DNA from: Octopus sinensis
Taxonomy: Eukaryota
NCBI RefSeq assembly: GCF_006345805.1
Contig: NC_043015.1
Location: 44,516,001-44,580,000, forward strand
Direction of reading: 5' to 3'
Length of the DNA stretch: 64,000 nucleotides
Shown piece by piece: positions 42,583 to 55,937 of this stretch (its first letter is position 1; each line of letters begins with the position of its first letter). Both the position numbers and the translations under genes were made by a program. The notes beneath the pieces were generated by a model that saw only the letters and a list, made by a program, of their open reading frames with translations, ran no database searches and was not told where the DNA came from.

Positions 42583-42700
42583 GAGGCGCAATCGCCCGGT
42601 GGTTAGGGCAGCGGACTCGCGGTCGTAGGAGGGCGCTTTCGATTCCCAGACCTGGCGTTGTGAGTGTTTATTGAGCGAAAAGACCTAAAGCTCCACGACA
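42583..42700 (+). mobile_element. SINE family C head fragment
   Basis: gaggcgcaatcgcccggtggttagggcagcggactcgcggtc...ctaaagctccacga. Confidence 0.85.
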
Positions 42701-43588
42701 TATTTTGTATGACTCAGATATTTTTAAATGGTGAGGCGTAACACATTTAAGAAAATAAATAAAAGAAGACAACGTTATAAGTCATTGAAATAATTTTGGC
42801 TGAGTCGAAAACGTCATTAGCATTAATTATTAAATTAATTATTAAAATGAAACAGAGAAAAGTCAGAAAACCGGATTATTTACAAAAGGAACGATGGTCT
42901 ACTGTACAAATTGAAACTGTATTCGTACTGACAGATACGGAAAAATTTCGGGATTATTACACCTCCTCACATGAAATTATTTTACCCGTAGATGGGACTT
43001 TTGAAATGATTAGAAGATGTATAGATTGTAATGAACATAATAATAATAGAAGAGAACATCCTAGGTTCGAATTCTACACACATACTGGTAGCTTGAATTT
43101 TGTTTTCTTTAGAATTTACTGAACTCATTTTCTTTGTGAATCGACGAGATTAAAAGAAATACTTGTGTAATCTTTATATAATTCATAAACATCGTAAATA
43201 TAATTGGATGGGACTAAGATATCAAATTAAATTATTCAATTAAAATAGATTACATTCTTAGGTATGATAAACAAACGTTGTCTTCAGCAATCAATTCTAA
43301 CGTGGGGGGGGGGGGAAGGAAGAAAACTTTTCTTCTTTAATTTAAAACTTATAGAAAGGAAGGGGAACACTTATATATTATTACATGATATAATTAAAAT
43401 TTAGGCGGATGCAGCGGAGGCCACGTTTGATTCCGTTAAAAGTACACGAATATTCTCACTTTCGCCCTCACACACATACATACACAGAAACGCACCCACA
43501 CACACGATTATATATTAAAGTTGGCCAGCTGCACCTCTTATATGCGTGTGTTTATCTTTCTCTCTGTGTCTGTTTTCACCTCCCTATA

Positions 43589-43604
<16 letters not shown>

Positions 43605-43656
<52 letters not shown>

Positions 43657-43850
43657 CTTAGAGCGAGCTATAAACAGTAGCTGCAACACATCGTGGCGTA
43701 TAGTTGCCATTAAAATATGGCTAACCCCTAAGGGTGGATGCTACTGTAGTTTGTAGCCCCAGGAGGACACCTCCTCCACCTGGCTTTAGATACACTTTCT
43801 GTCCCCTATCAGTATTTGCAAAGGGAAGCCATCCTTCCCGTCTTCAACTT
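43605..43850 (-). mobile_element. Unclassified retroposon 3' fragment ending in an (ATT)n tract
   Basis: GC-richer block directly abutting (AAT)n; no readable ORF. Confidence 0.3.
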
Positions 43851-44757
43851 ATACATATATATATATACATACATACATACATATATACATATATATATAC
43901 ATATATGTACATATATATATATGTGTGTGTGTATGTATGTATGGGATACGTCTGCGTGTGAGTATTTGTGTGTGCGTGTGTATGTGTATGTATGTATGTT
44001 AGTGTTTGCCAAATGCGTGTATATAAATTATTGTATCTCATAAGGACTAAACTTAGATATTTTGATACACTTGTTTGTTTTTTCTTTGAAGAATATATTC
44101 TTCCAGTAGATAAACCTTCACTTCAAAATTTGCGAGGCTGAACAGTGCAAGTCGCCTTTTCCCAATGATGGACAGCGTTTAAGAGTATTTTTGACGGGCA
44201 TAATCATTTTTCCCGTTTCTATGGTCACAGACATTGTGACAGTAACAGGCGCACATGAAAGACATAAAACAACACTAATTACATTTATATATACAATAAA
44301 ATTAAATAAAGAACCATTTTATTTTCAGAGACACTTGCAGTACATAACTGACTGGACGTTGCTGTCACATTTGTAATATTTTGATATTTTCTAAGCTTAT
44401 ATATATATATATATATATATATTTATGAGATTTTATATATCCCTTTCTTTCTTTATATGATGGACGGTTTCTAAAATTCATTTTAAAATTCCCGTGAACG
44501 GTTCACTTGCTTGAACACCCCGCTCACTGGTCTCTGTTCGGTTGCTTTTATTGTAGTTTGTTGTCAGTTCAATCTAGGAGAGAACTGTGTTAAGGGGAAA
44601 TGTGTAGTAAACCCTGACTGATGTGTTTGTTTTCTTGTAAAGGGAGACTTTGTGCTCTACATCTTTTAGTAATTTTTTTTTCGATAGCAATGAGGTTAAT
44701 GTGCCACTTATTACTAGTACATAAGAAGGCTGTATAGATGACATCTAAATGAAATAA

Positions 44758-44923
44758 ATAGGCGTAGGAGTGGCTGTGTGGTACGTAGCTTGTTTACCAA
44801 CCACATGGTTCAGGGTTCAGTCCCACTGCGTGGCATCTTGGGCAAGTGTCTTCTGCTATAGCCTCGGGCCGACCAAAGCCTTGTGAGTGGATTTGGTACA
44901 CGGAAACTGAAAGAAGCCTGTCG

Positions 44924-44976
<53 letters not shown>

Positions 44977-45187
44977 ATGTTTCTGTGTCTGTGCTTGTAC
45001 TCTAGCATTGCTTGACAACCGATGCTGGTGTGTTTACGTCCCCGTCACTTAGCGGTTCGGCAAAAGAGACCGATAGAATAAGTACTTGGCTTACAAAGAA
45101 TAAGTCCCGGGGTCGATTTGCTCGACTAAAAGCGGTGCTCCAGCATGGCCGCAGTCAAATGACTGAAACAAGTAAAAGAGTAAAGAG
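44758..45187 (+). mobile_element. SINE family A, full length, expanded internal (TA)n(TG)n
   Basis: Aligns with 41433-41854; internal tract about 44924-44977. Confidence 0.92.
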
Positions 45188-47089
45188 TATATCCGTTACT
45201 CGCGAGCGATTATGGTTTCACAGTATATCACAATTTTGCTCAGTGTTTTAAATACTGACATATTTACAACTAGACATAGACACACTCACGCCCCCCCCCC
45301 CTCATATTTGGCCCAGAGACAAACCCAGTACCTGATAAATGGATAGAGGTTCAACTGCGACAGAATTCAGTCGATTCAAATTTCTTGCTATACAGACTGT
45401 AACAACGTGAAATGAAGCGCTCAGCTGAAGAAAACAAGGTTCTACATATTCCGGTAATTGAACCAACGACTTTATAAATAGGAGTTAAGCACGTTAATAC
45501 TAAGCTTTAAACCTGCTATTAGATGATTTATATCTGGTGATCAGGAATTTCTTTTCAGTGTTGTTTGTTGTATATTATTTCGTTCCCTTTCCATTCGTGA
45601 GAATTTTTAGTCGTATTGCCTTCTTATCTGTATATAGATTCTGTAATATTTATTTGAGGCTCTTTTTGTATCTAATGACACAAGGAAGACATCTTTGGAT
45701 TTATTCGTTTCGTCATGACAACAATATTAACAGTGTTTAACATAGTGAAGTGTTTCACTATCTTTACTTTGCCTTAACCCTAACTAATATGAATGATAGT
45801 TGCTGCTAAGTCTTCTCAAGTTATGTTTCATTCTTAAAAGCAAATTGTTAAAAGGCGAGTTCACATGCAATATGTCATTTATTTATAATTAGGCCCCACA
45901 ACATTGAACATAACCTAATCTGCAATCTACGATCAGCTCTCTATGATCAGAATCGAATTATACCCCCAAAAGTTGTTTTGGGCCATTAAACACCGAAGTG
46001 GACCCCATTAAGTATAAAATATACTACATTACATCCTGAAGTGTATAGAACATATAATTTTTTTTTCTAAGCACTTACAAGGAACAAAGGACGAAAGTAG
46101 GGTAAAATAAGTGATAGACAGGAATGCAAGGGGCTGCAAAAGGGAAAGAAATATAAAATGCACAGGAGGAATAAGATTATGAATAGATTTGAGGAATATT
46201 TGTGGCATGGCGCTCGGTTTCGAAGTATTGAAATGGCAGATGTCATCAGTTTACATATTTATTGTTACTGTAAAAATTTCCGTATTAGCCACCTCGGATA
46301 TCTATTGAAAAGTATTACTTTTAAGTCAAAATTTATTGTAGTCGAAGCTAACTCTTTACTACATAGCAAAATGATTGTAAAGTTTTCACGCTAATGAAAC
46401 GATCACCCCTTAACATGAGATTTCTATGTTCAGTTAATCTCCATTATTAACTAAGCGTACTGACAAAGCACTTGCTTAGAGCAATAGAAACAATTATGTT
46501 TATCCATCAATCGTATCCAATGTTTCAAGAAAACAAAAAAGAAAGAGAAAGATACGAAAAAAAACAACAAACAAACAAACATCCATTCTCGGCCACAAGA
46601 AAGAAAAACCAATATTATAAGACAATTTAGCAGAAACAAACAGAACTGTTTCTCATCAGAATAATTGGTACAATGTAAATGTAATTCAGAGTAAATACGT
46701 TACGAAGATAAATGCGCGATTCTGAACGCTATCGCTGAATTACGATCATCTTTAAATACACAATTTATAAGAAATGCCAGCAAGAGTTAGTAATTAAATA
46801 ATAGTGTGTAACATATTTACTTATATGGTTAAATATTACAATGACGGTAATGATAAGATGTTCTCTTCGTAAATTATAGTTCCACTGTCCATATCAAATC
46901 ATTGGTAATGCTCTGTTTCCAAAGACAAAAGAATGAATTTATCAGCATCAATCTGTCTGTCGAGATATAATTAGGCATCAAATAAAACACAAGTAAATGG
47001 TTGATAGTCAGTTTGATTGTTTACTTGGCAGTTTTCTGTGTTAGTGTAAAAGAACGGAAACAAGTTCTATAAAGCTTTGTCTGGTTCGG

Positions 47090-47400
47090 CTAAAAAAGAA
47101 AAGGCTAGGAGGGATATGAGAGGATGGGGTTCTCCCTAGCAGCAAAGAGGATAGGGTTTTCCCTAACAGTAACTGGTGTGGGTAAATATAAACTGGTGTC
47201 AGTCCCCAACCGGAATATGGGGTCATAGGTTGCATTTCTTGACATTAAGACAAGAAAGTGATGAGATATTGTTTCTAAATGGCCAGAAGGTACGCCTAAA
47301 AAGGATCTCATTGCCAAGGATTTCTGTTGTGCCTCCTGATAGACGCCCCCTGCTCCACAACAGTGTACAGTCATACAGAAGCACTAATACACACCTAGGT
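47090..47400 (-). mobile_element. Possible degenerate LINE 3' end
   Basis: GC-richer segment with an internal duplication (tagggaaaaccctatcctct / tagggagaaccccatcctct) and a pyrimidine-rich tail; weak resemblance only. Confidence 0.2.
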
Positions 47401-47571
47401 GCAAGTAGTAAAATAGAATAGTATACACATACACTCACACACACAGATACACGTACACGCACATATATACGAGCACGAAAAAGCATATGTACATGCATAC
47501 CGTCACATACGCATATATCTACAATACATAAAAAGTCAGATTGAATATTGCTTGCTTGTATGCAATACATA

Positions 47572-47883
47572 CTCTTTTACTTGTTTCAGCCATTTGACTG
47601 TGGCCATGCTAGAGCTTCGCCTTTAGTCGAGAAAATAGGCCCCAGGACTTATTCTTTGTAAGCCTAGTACTTATTCTATCGGTTACTTTTGCGAACCGTT
47701 CAGTTACAGGGACGTATACACACCAGCATCGGTTGTCAAGCGATGTTGGGGGGAAAAGCACAGACACACAAACATATACACACACATACATATATACGAT
47801 GGGCTTCTTTCACTTTCCGCATACCAGATCCACTCACAAGGCTTTGGTTGGCCCGAGGCTGTAGTAGAAGACACTTGCCCAAG
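47572..47883 (-). mobile_element. SINE family A, 5'-truncated
   Basis: ctcttttacttgtttcagccatttgac...agaagacacttgcccaag. Confidence 0.9.
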
Positions 47884-48206
47884 AAATATGAATCTCGTTT
47901 CACACGTAATTACTAGATGTACGTATGATTCAATAACTTCAATAAGCAAGACCTTTTTGAAATTACTTAAACTACCTAATTAGCTGATTACTTCTAATTT
48001 GCATATAACATATAAAACAAGATATCTATGACAAAAAATTATGTATTTCTTTTAAAGAATTTATTTGGAACAGGTTTTTAGAATGATATATGCACATATA
48101 TTATGCTTTACAAGGTAAGACTAGTCGAGAAATATAAATGCTATATATGTGCGTGCGTATGTGTGTGTGTGTGTGTCATTGTGTGTATATATGCATTTAT
48201 ACGTAC

Positions 48207-48237
<31 letters not shown>

Positions 48238-48315
48238 AGAGAGTGTGTGCGCGTATGCTTGTGTGCATGTTTGTGTATGTATGTATATATGCATATTATA
48301 TATACGTACATACAT

Positions 48316-48358
<43 letters not shown>

Positions 48359-48450
48359 CAGACAGATAGATCGATATGTACATACATACATATATACATA
48401 CATACATATATACATACATACATACATACATACATACATACATACACACA

Positions 48451-48482
<32 letters not shown>

Positions 48483-50118
48483 GAAACACATACATACATG
48501 TATACACTGTAGATTGTTTCTTATGTCATTATAGAAGCCAATCCCGCTCATATAATTCCGACCAGTACCCTAATTAATCAATTAACTAATTAAATCTTCC
48601 TTAATTGCTGTCATTCGCAGTGTCATGAGATTTCTTATGATATATTGAAATTTATTATTCGGATTAATGATCATCGGTGCGTATTTCAAGAAAGGTGATT
48701 AAGGAAAATTCTTTCGAAGACATGTTGCCCGCTATAATTGCAACCTGATAATTAAAATATTGCGTATAACCTGAGGCAGGGCAAGCTCAATGTATACTGG
48801 AAAATATAAAAGAAATCATATGAGTGATTTCATGCATCTTATGTACTGAAAGGAAAGTGTTTAAGAATAAATACCTCCCCGAAAAATATTCATTCTATCC
48901 AATTTAATATAATGTAAGGGAAATTCGATAAATTAGATGGATGTCAGCAGTAGGAGATAATCCTTAGTGATGGTGAAGTGAGGTAATGCGGGAATAATAT
49001 GGAGAGCAAAGGAGTGAGTTCGAACGAAATATTACATATTATAGACGCTTTGGCGAGCCCTTTCTGTCATTCATATACCTCCTTGAATCATTACATAACA
49101 TTGAACATTTATTATCACAGAACTCTAGCTACTAAGAATGAGTAACCGAATAATTGGCATAAAACAGCGCACAAAATTTGACTTCCAGTCGCTGGTCCTC
49201 AGGCATGTACTGTTTTAAGACCCCAACGTGTCTTTGTTGTTCTTTACTCTAAGCTCTCTTCTTTGTAACTGGTTGTTCTCACATTGTTTCCAGTTAGATT
49301 TTCTGGACTCATTTACCCCTTCTGTCGCCAATCATTTTGTGATTACGCCACGACAATGGCTAACCACCACGCCTAGTGGACGGATATGTCTGAGTTGAAT
49401 GGATACGCATGAGGTTAATCAACTTCAAGAGGCACAGGCCATTATAGAATAGACAGAAAAAAGCTGAGATTGTTGTCCCTCTCCAAATTCCTCTTTACAT
49501 AGTTTATCATTTAACCTTCGACTATTAACTATTCAAAAAAAGTATACGTAGATCTCATTTTTTACCCCCAAACAAATAGACAAGAGGAATCATATACAAA
49601 AGTATTTGGCATGATAATTCCTAAAGTGTATACAAATCGAAAAGATCGAAAACACCAGCTGCGATGTAATGTATGTCAATTCAGGATATTTACTGAAAAT
49701 GATATCCTTAAGAAATATCGATCTCTCATTTCTGATTATTTCCATTCGATGCCATCAATCAAAATCATGACATTGACGAATTAATATCGGTGTATGACTT
49801 AGTATAAGTTCATGCCTTCCCACTTTCGTACACTTGACTGATTAGTTTAACACTTAATGTTCTCTGAGACGTTAATGTTGCGATATTATGAAGAATATAC
49901 TTGGCCTGTGACTTATAATTGACATACTTGATCCGCAGCAAATTCCCTTGGAGTAGACTTAGTATCTCATCAGGAAAGTTGTTGACCAGATTTCAATACG
50001 TACTTGGACACACAAGATATTATTTCCCGCAAAGATTGTTATTTTCATTAGTGAAACTGTAGTACTACTTATGTATCAGCGTGTAACTTAGTCGGTGCTG
50101 TAGTCGTACAGTAATAAC

Positions 50119-50154
<36 letters not shown>

Positions 50155-50237
50155 GTTATGTGAATGACCTTGCATTTGTTTATTCTATAACTTTAGTCTA
50201 ATATATATATATATGTATATATATATGTGTGTGTGTG

Positions 50238-50285
<48 letters not shown>

Positions 50286-50460
50286 TATATGTCTGTCCTA
50301 TATATGTATATATATATATGTATATACATATATGTATATATATATATATGAATATATATATATGTATATGTATATGTAGGTCCCGGGTTGAGTCGGGGTT
50401 AACCACAGTAAATAAGGTACTCAATACATAGCAGAGTAAATTAATTCATTTTATAGAAGG

Positions 50461-50511
50461 AGCTTCTACAGGACTAGAACTGTTTCATTCAAATGAAATC
50501 ATCAGGAAGCT
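50461..50511 (-). ncRNA. Complete type I hammerhead ribozyme motif
   Basis: AGCUUC CUGAUGA U-UUC-AUUU-GAA-U GAAA CAG-UUCUAGUC-CUG UA/ GAAGCU: 6-bp stem I, 4-bp stem III, GUA cleavage triplet; U-U at 10.1/11.1. Confidence 0.72.
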
Positions 50512-50587
50512 TTGTGTCAAGAATAGTTTTGGCATTTATACATTTAGGCAGATTTAGGTATAAATGCCAAAACTATTCTTGACACAA

Positions 50588-50638
50588 AGCTTCCTGATGG
50601 TTTCATTTGAATGAAACAGTTCTAGTCCTGTAGAAGCT
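50588..50638 (+). ncRNA. Second copy of the same hammerhead with an A9G core change
   Basis: agcttc ctgatgG tttcatttgaat gaaa cagttctagtcctg ta gaagct. Confidence 0.6.
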
Positions 50639-50726
50639 CCTTCTATAAAATAAAATAAAATATATGTATATGTATATATATATATGTATATACATATATG
50701 TATATATATATATATATATGAATATA

Positions 50727-50769
<43 letters not shown>

Positions 50770-51004
50770 ATGTATATATAAATATATATCTTATTAGCAT
50801 TAATATATTTATACTGTATTACAGAGGAAGCTTCGTAATGAATGACGTTAACGAACTAACCTAATAGTATTCAAACATATAATACTTTTTGATCTAAGTA
50901 AAGACGTTACAAATCGTATTAAGTTTCGATGATTATCTTTTTAAATCTCATTAACTATCAGTATTTCACATGTAAACGTGATATCCTGAATTCCGTAATA
51001 TATT

Positions 51005-51410
51005 AGTTTCAAACTTTGTCACCAGGTGATCAGTTCCGTGGGGTGGGAGTGAGTGAATTACCTCCACCACACCGTTCAAATAATGCTTATTTTATCGACT
51101 CCGATAGGATGAAAAGCAAATTCAAACTCGGCGAAACCTGAACTCAGAACGAAAGACGGACGAAATGCCGCTATACATTATTCCTGGCGCGGTAATGATT
51201 CTGTCAGCTCGCCGCCTTAAATTTCTATAATATTTTGTTATAAAATTTTGGCACCAGCCGAGCAACTTCTGGGGAGAGAAATATGAATTACATCCATCAC
51301 AGTATTCAAATAGTACTTATTTGATTGACACCGATATGATGGCAGGCAAAGTCGACCTCGGCGAACTGCATTTTGGCCGGCGCAGTAAGGATTCTACCAG
51401 CACGCCGCCT
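51005..51410 (-). mobile_element. Two tandem degenerate SINE family B copies
   Basis: ttttatcgactccgataggatgaaaagcaaattc...gtcagctcgccgcc and ggcaaagtcgacctcggcg...ccagcacgccgcc. Confidence 0.8.
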
Positions 51411-52177
51411 TAGATTTCTGTAATATATTGAGGTTACTTATTATTTTGAATGTGGAATAACGTTAATAATAAATTATCATTAAATCTAACACGATAGGAC
51501 TATACTACTTTAGAACACATACAACTTAAACTACATTGAGATTAAGACCACTGGAATAAGCGGCATAAATTCTCTCGCACACTCGCTCTCATCACTGCCT
51601 TACAGGTGAGTTTGTGTCGTGTCTCAGCCTTTTTCTATTTATTCTATAATAGCATGTGCTTCTTCAATTTGACCAACCTCATGCATATCCCTCTGACTCC
51701 GACATACCCGTCCAAATGTTATCTCTTTTTCACATCACCCTCTCTCAAACCTCCATAGTTATGTTCCAGACCCTGCTTTGATGATTATGCCTCAACCTTC
51801 TTTCCTAGAAATACGGTCATCTGTATTTCCGTCTCTGAGCAAGTTTTGATTCGCGAAGTTTAAATAAGATCAGAAAGGAGATCAATCTCAAGCAGTCGAA
51901 ATTCGACTTCAAAGGCAATGGACACTGACCTTCCCTTTAGACACAACATCTAAGAAACCCTAAAAAAATGTCATGATTTCTAGCAGATATAACATTATAA
52001 CTTCAATATTGTCATATACTTCTGGCTCATTATAATGTAATCAATATATTCTTTAAGCAGTAGACAAGAGTAAAGATGGAGTAATTGCAAATTCACTTTT
52101 GATTGCTTGCTCAAAATCTCGAGAAGAGAATACGTTGCATCGGTGAAGCTCATATCCTTGTCGTAGATATTGTAAAC

Positions 52178-52240
52178 AGACGTGGCTGTGTGGTAAGTAG
52201 CTTGCTTACCAATCACATGGTTCCGGGTTCAGTCCCACTG
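52178..52240 (+). mobile_element. SINE family A head fragment
   Basis: gtggctgtgtggtaagtagcttgcttaccaatcacatggttccgggttcagtcccactg. Confidence 0.88.
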
Positions 52241-52822
52241 AAACTCGTTCTCTATAAAAATGTCAAGCGCCGAAAACAGTAGGTAGGGAAAGGCGCAACA
52301 CGGCACCCTACGCTAAAGAAGGTTTTGACACACGTAAAACGTTTGTTATCTGTTTGGTGGTTTAGTCCACTTTGAACTTTTGATCCCAAACAAAACAATA
52401 ACAAAGGAGCAGTTTGGGCGGTTTAAATCTGCTCTCGAAGAAGAACGACCATTTTCCATCAGGATAAAGCTCGGCCACATACAGCGAGGATGATATTCCA
52501 AACGCTGTTCGACTAGGAAGTTATGCTGCACCCTCGATATAATCGCAGGACACAGCCCCATCTGATTATCATTTATTCTGCAGTCTTCAAAATAATTAGG
52601 ACAGAAAAAATATGAATTTGTGTAGATGAATTTAGAACAGTCTGGAAGTGTATTTTTCGTCAAGGACAAGTGAATTTTGGAAGAGGGCCCTTGCACGTCT
52701 ACCAGATACATGGAAGAAAATTGTAGAGTATATGTTAGATTAAAAAAGAAATTTGTTGATCTTAATTTTGATAAATAAAAGTACAAAAAAAAACCCCGCA
52801 TTATTTATGGAATGACCCAATA
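52241..52822 (+). mobile_element. Mariner (D34D) transposon remnant: 3' half of transposase plus 3' TIR
   Basis: Across frameshifts: LYKNVKRRK..LSVWW..HFELL..FHQDKARPHTA..HPRY-SQDTAPSDYHLF..FWKRALARLPDTWKKIV; end ccgcattatttatggaatgacccaa followed by TA. Confidence 0.88.
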
Positions 52823-52981
52823 TATATGGAGAGGGAGATAAACTGACTGTATAATCAAGTGGTGCTTTTAAATATACTTATTAATATTAGCTAGTTGTCT
52901 ATGAGTGTGTCATAAATATTTATTCTATATTTCAAGCACAGATGGACTATTGTATATATACGAACATTGTAAATCTATATA

Positions 52982-53064
<83 letters not shown>

Positions 53065-53625
53065 ATATGTATATATATTAGAGGGAAATCACTATGTGGA
53101 CACCTTCAGTTTTTTTTTTATGATAGACCACGGGTGTGAAATCGATGTTAATTAAATTAATATCTAATTTCTCACCTTCACTTTAAATTCATACATATAT
53201 ATATATATATGTGTGTGTCTGTATATATATATATATATATATATATAAGTGTGTGTGTGTGTGTGTGTATATACCATGTGTACCCAGTTTCGTCAATACA
53301 TTGCGAACTATACGACATTTCCTATAATTTCTATGATGAAACAACTAAGGATGGTTTCCTCCTTTGTTCTAAACATATGAGTTTCTTTAGACACATTACA
53401 AACACTATCTCGACTAGAACTTATTGAAAAGCTGTGTATACTCTGCTTTTATTTAAACTTCTAAAGTCACCCATATACTTTATCTCTCCTCAGACACAGA
53501 CTTAATTCTTCTGGCACAAAAACTAAAACCTATAATCAAAATTCACAGCATCATAAATTTGTTATTTCTAGGAGTTAATAACCAACGTCTGTAAAGAACT
53601 TGACACGGAAAGCAAAGAAGAAAAC

Positions 53626-53683
<58 letters not shown>

Positions 53684-53696
53684 ATGTATGTATTGA

Positions 53697-54083
53697 GGAG
53701 GCGCAATGGCCCAGTGGTTAGGGCAGCGGACTCGCGGTCATAGTATCGCGGTTTCGATTCCCAGACCGGGCGTTGTGAGTGTTTATTCAGCGAAAACACC
53801 TAAAAGCTCCACGAGACTCCAGCAGGGGATGGTGGTGATCCCTGCTGTACTCTTTCACCACAACTTTCTCTCACTCTTACTTCCTCTTTCTGTTGTACCT
53901 GTATTTCAAGGGGCCGGCCTTGTCACTCTCTGTGTCACGCTGAATATCCCTGAGAACTACGTTAAGGGTGCACGTATCTGTGGAGTGCTCAGCCACTTAC
54001 ACGTTAATTTCACGAGCAGGCTGTTCCGTTGATTCGGATCAACCGGAACCCTCATCGTCGTAACCGACGGAGTGCTTCCCAGA
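53697..54083 (+). mobile_element. SINE family C, full length, 11-bp TSD
   Basis: TSD gtatgtattga at 53686-53696 and 54084-54094. Confidence 0.92.
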
Positions 54084-54361
54084 GTATGTATTGATGAGGA
54101 TTTAATATCATAATAATGATTCTTATTGTGATTGGGAAAAATTCATAAATTTGGAGTGACGGGTGCAGCTATTTCGAAAATCTAACACTAATTGTTGGAT
54201 ACTAATTTCTTGAAACGTAGGACAAGGTTAGTAGTGTATAGTAAGACGGTAGGAAAATTTCTTATGTCAGAAGTGGAACGATATAATGAAAGACTATTGT
54301 GTATGTTTGTACGGCACTTCGCGATTTGCATAATCATATTCTGCTACTACTACTGCTTCTG

Positions 54362-54414
<53 letters not shown>

Positions 54415-54439
54415 GCCGATACCAATAATAATAATAATA

Positions 54440-54481
<42 letters not shown>

Positions 54482-54542
54482 TAATAATAATAACAATAAT
54501 AATAATAATAATAAATAAAATAATAATAATAATAATAATAAT

Positions 54543-55366
54543 AAATACTGGACTAAACTAAACGCAAAAGAAATAGACAAAGAAAAATCCCAGCAATGGT
54601 TGAGAAGCTCAGGACTCAAAGCAGAAACAGAGGGATTTTTAATTGCAGCACAAGACCAAAGCCTCCCCACCAGAAATTACCAAAAACATGTAATGAAAAG
54701 AAATATTACAAGTAACTGCAGAATATGTGGAGATGGACAAGAAACAATAAATCATATTATCTCTAGCTGCCCAGTCCTGGCTAAGAAGGAATATATTCAC
54801 AGACATGACAGAGTTGGAACCTACATACATTGGAAGCTATGCCAACATTATGAAATAACAACAGGAAAAAGGTGGTATAGGCACACACCAGAAAAGGTCA
54901 CAGAAAACTCTGGGATATGCCGATACACACAGATAGAGAAATTAAGGTCAACAGACCAGATATAGTTGTCAGAGATCATGAAGAAAAAATGCTTTCTAAT
55001 TGATGTATCAATACCGGCAGATGACAACGTGTCTCTAAAAGAAATGGAGAAACTCTCAAAATACAAAGACTGAAATAGAGGTAACTAGAATGTGGAATGA
55101 AAACAGAAACAATTCCTATCATAGTAGGTGCATTAGGCATGATAAAAAAATATTCAGACAAATACATAACGAAAACACCAGGACTTACAAACACATATAA
55201 CATACAGAAAATTGCACTACTAGGCACTGCACACATCCTACGCAGAACACTTTCCATCCAATAACCATCAGAGCATCACAACAAATCACAGCACATACCC
55301 AAGGCACACAGAGCTGCGCTCGGTAGTCAAGTGAAAGTACGCTATAAAAATAAAACTACTGAAGAA
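54543..55366 (+). mobile_element. 5'-truncated R4/Dong-clade non-LTR retrotransposon (CCHC plus restriction-like endonuclease)
   Basis: WLRSSGLKAETEGFLIAAQDQ..CRICGDGQETINHIISSC..RHDRV..NRPDIVV..LIDVSIP..EKLSKYKD..PIIVGALG..GTAHILRRTL, stop 55262-55264; several short deletions; (TAA)n on both sides. Confidence 0.9.
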
Positions 55367-55367
55367 C

Positions 55368-55415
<48 letters not shown>

Positions 55416-55419
55416 CCTT

Positions 55420-55632
55420 TCTACTATACGTTCAATGCCTGAATTTGTATGGGGAATGGGGCAATCGATCCCTTCGACTCCAGTATTTGACTGATTGGTA
55501 TTTAATTTTATCGATCCCGAAAGGAGAAAGGTAAATTCGATCTCGGTGGAATTTGAACTCAGAACGTAACGACTGGCGAAGCACCTCTAACCATATCTTT
55601 CGGCGTGCTAACTATTCTGCCAGCTAGCCGCA
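55420..55632 (-). mobile_element. SINE family B, degenerate
   Basis: ttttatcgatcccgaaaggagaaaggtaaattcgatctcggtggaatttgaactcagaacgtaac. Confidence 0.8.
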
Positions 55633-55658
55633 TTAATAATAATAATAATAAGAATAAC

Positions 55659-55692
<34 letters not shown>

Positions 55693-55937
55693 TAATAATA
55701 ATAATAATAATAATAATATTAAATATAATAATAATATAATAATTATTAATAATAATAATAATAATAAATAATAATAATAATAATATAATATATAATAATA
55801 TAATAATAGTAATAATAATAACGATAATAATGAGAAGAAGAAGAGAAGGAGGAGGAGGAGGCAGAAGAAGAAGAAGAGAAGAGAAGAAGAAGAAGAAGAA
55901 GAAAGAAGAAGAAGAAGAAGAAGAAGAAGAAGAAGAA
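55632..55937. repeat. (AAT)n then (GAA)n microsatellites
   Basis: Direct reading. Confidence 0.97.

Larger units (their letters stand above)
50378..50651. mobile_element. Penelope-type fold-back (family P4): 94-bp inverted repeat, 16-nt spacer
   Basis: 50448-50541 and 50558-50651 are reverse complements with one mismatch; TA-rich arrays on both sides. Confidence 0.9.

Noticed and set aside
46642-46660. Minus-strand CUGAUGA-GAAACAGUUCU resembling the 50461 hammerhead
   Set aside because: No stem II and no stem I or III partner.
51514-51605. Candidate 92-nt exon with a strong CAG|GTGAGT donor
   Set aside because: Weak acceptor, unrecognisable peptide, and the next acceptor leads quickly to a stop; needs RNA-seq.
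53115-53150. UAUGAUA-GACC-ACG-GGUGU-GAAA-UCGA-UG hammerhead look-alike
   Set aside because: Core mutated, position 17 is G, and no stem I.
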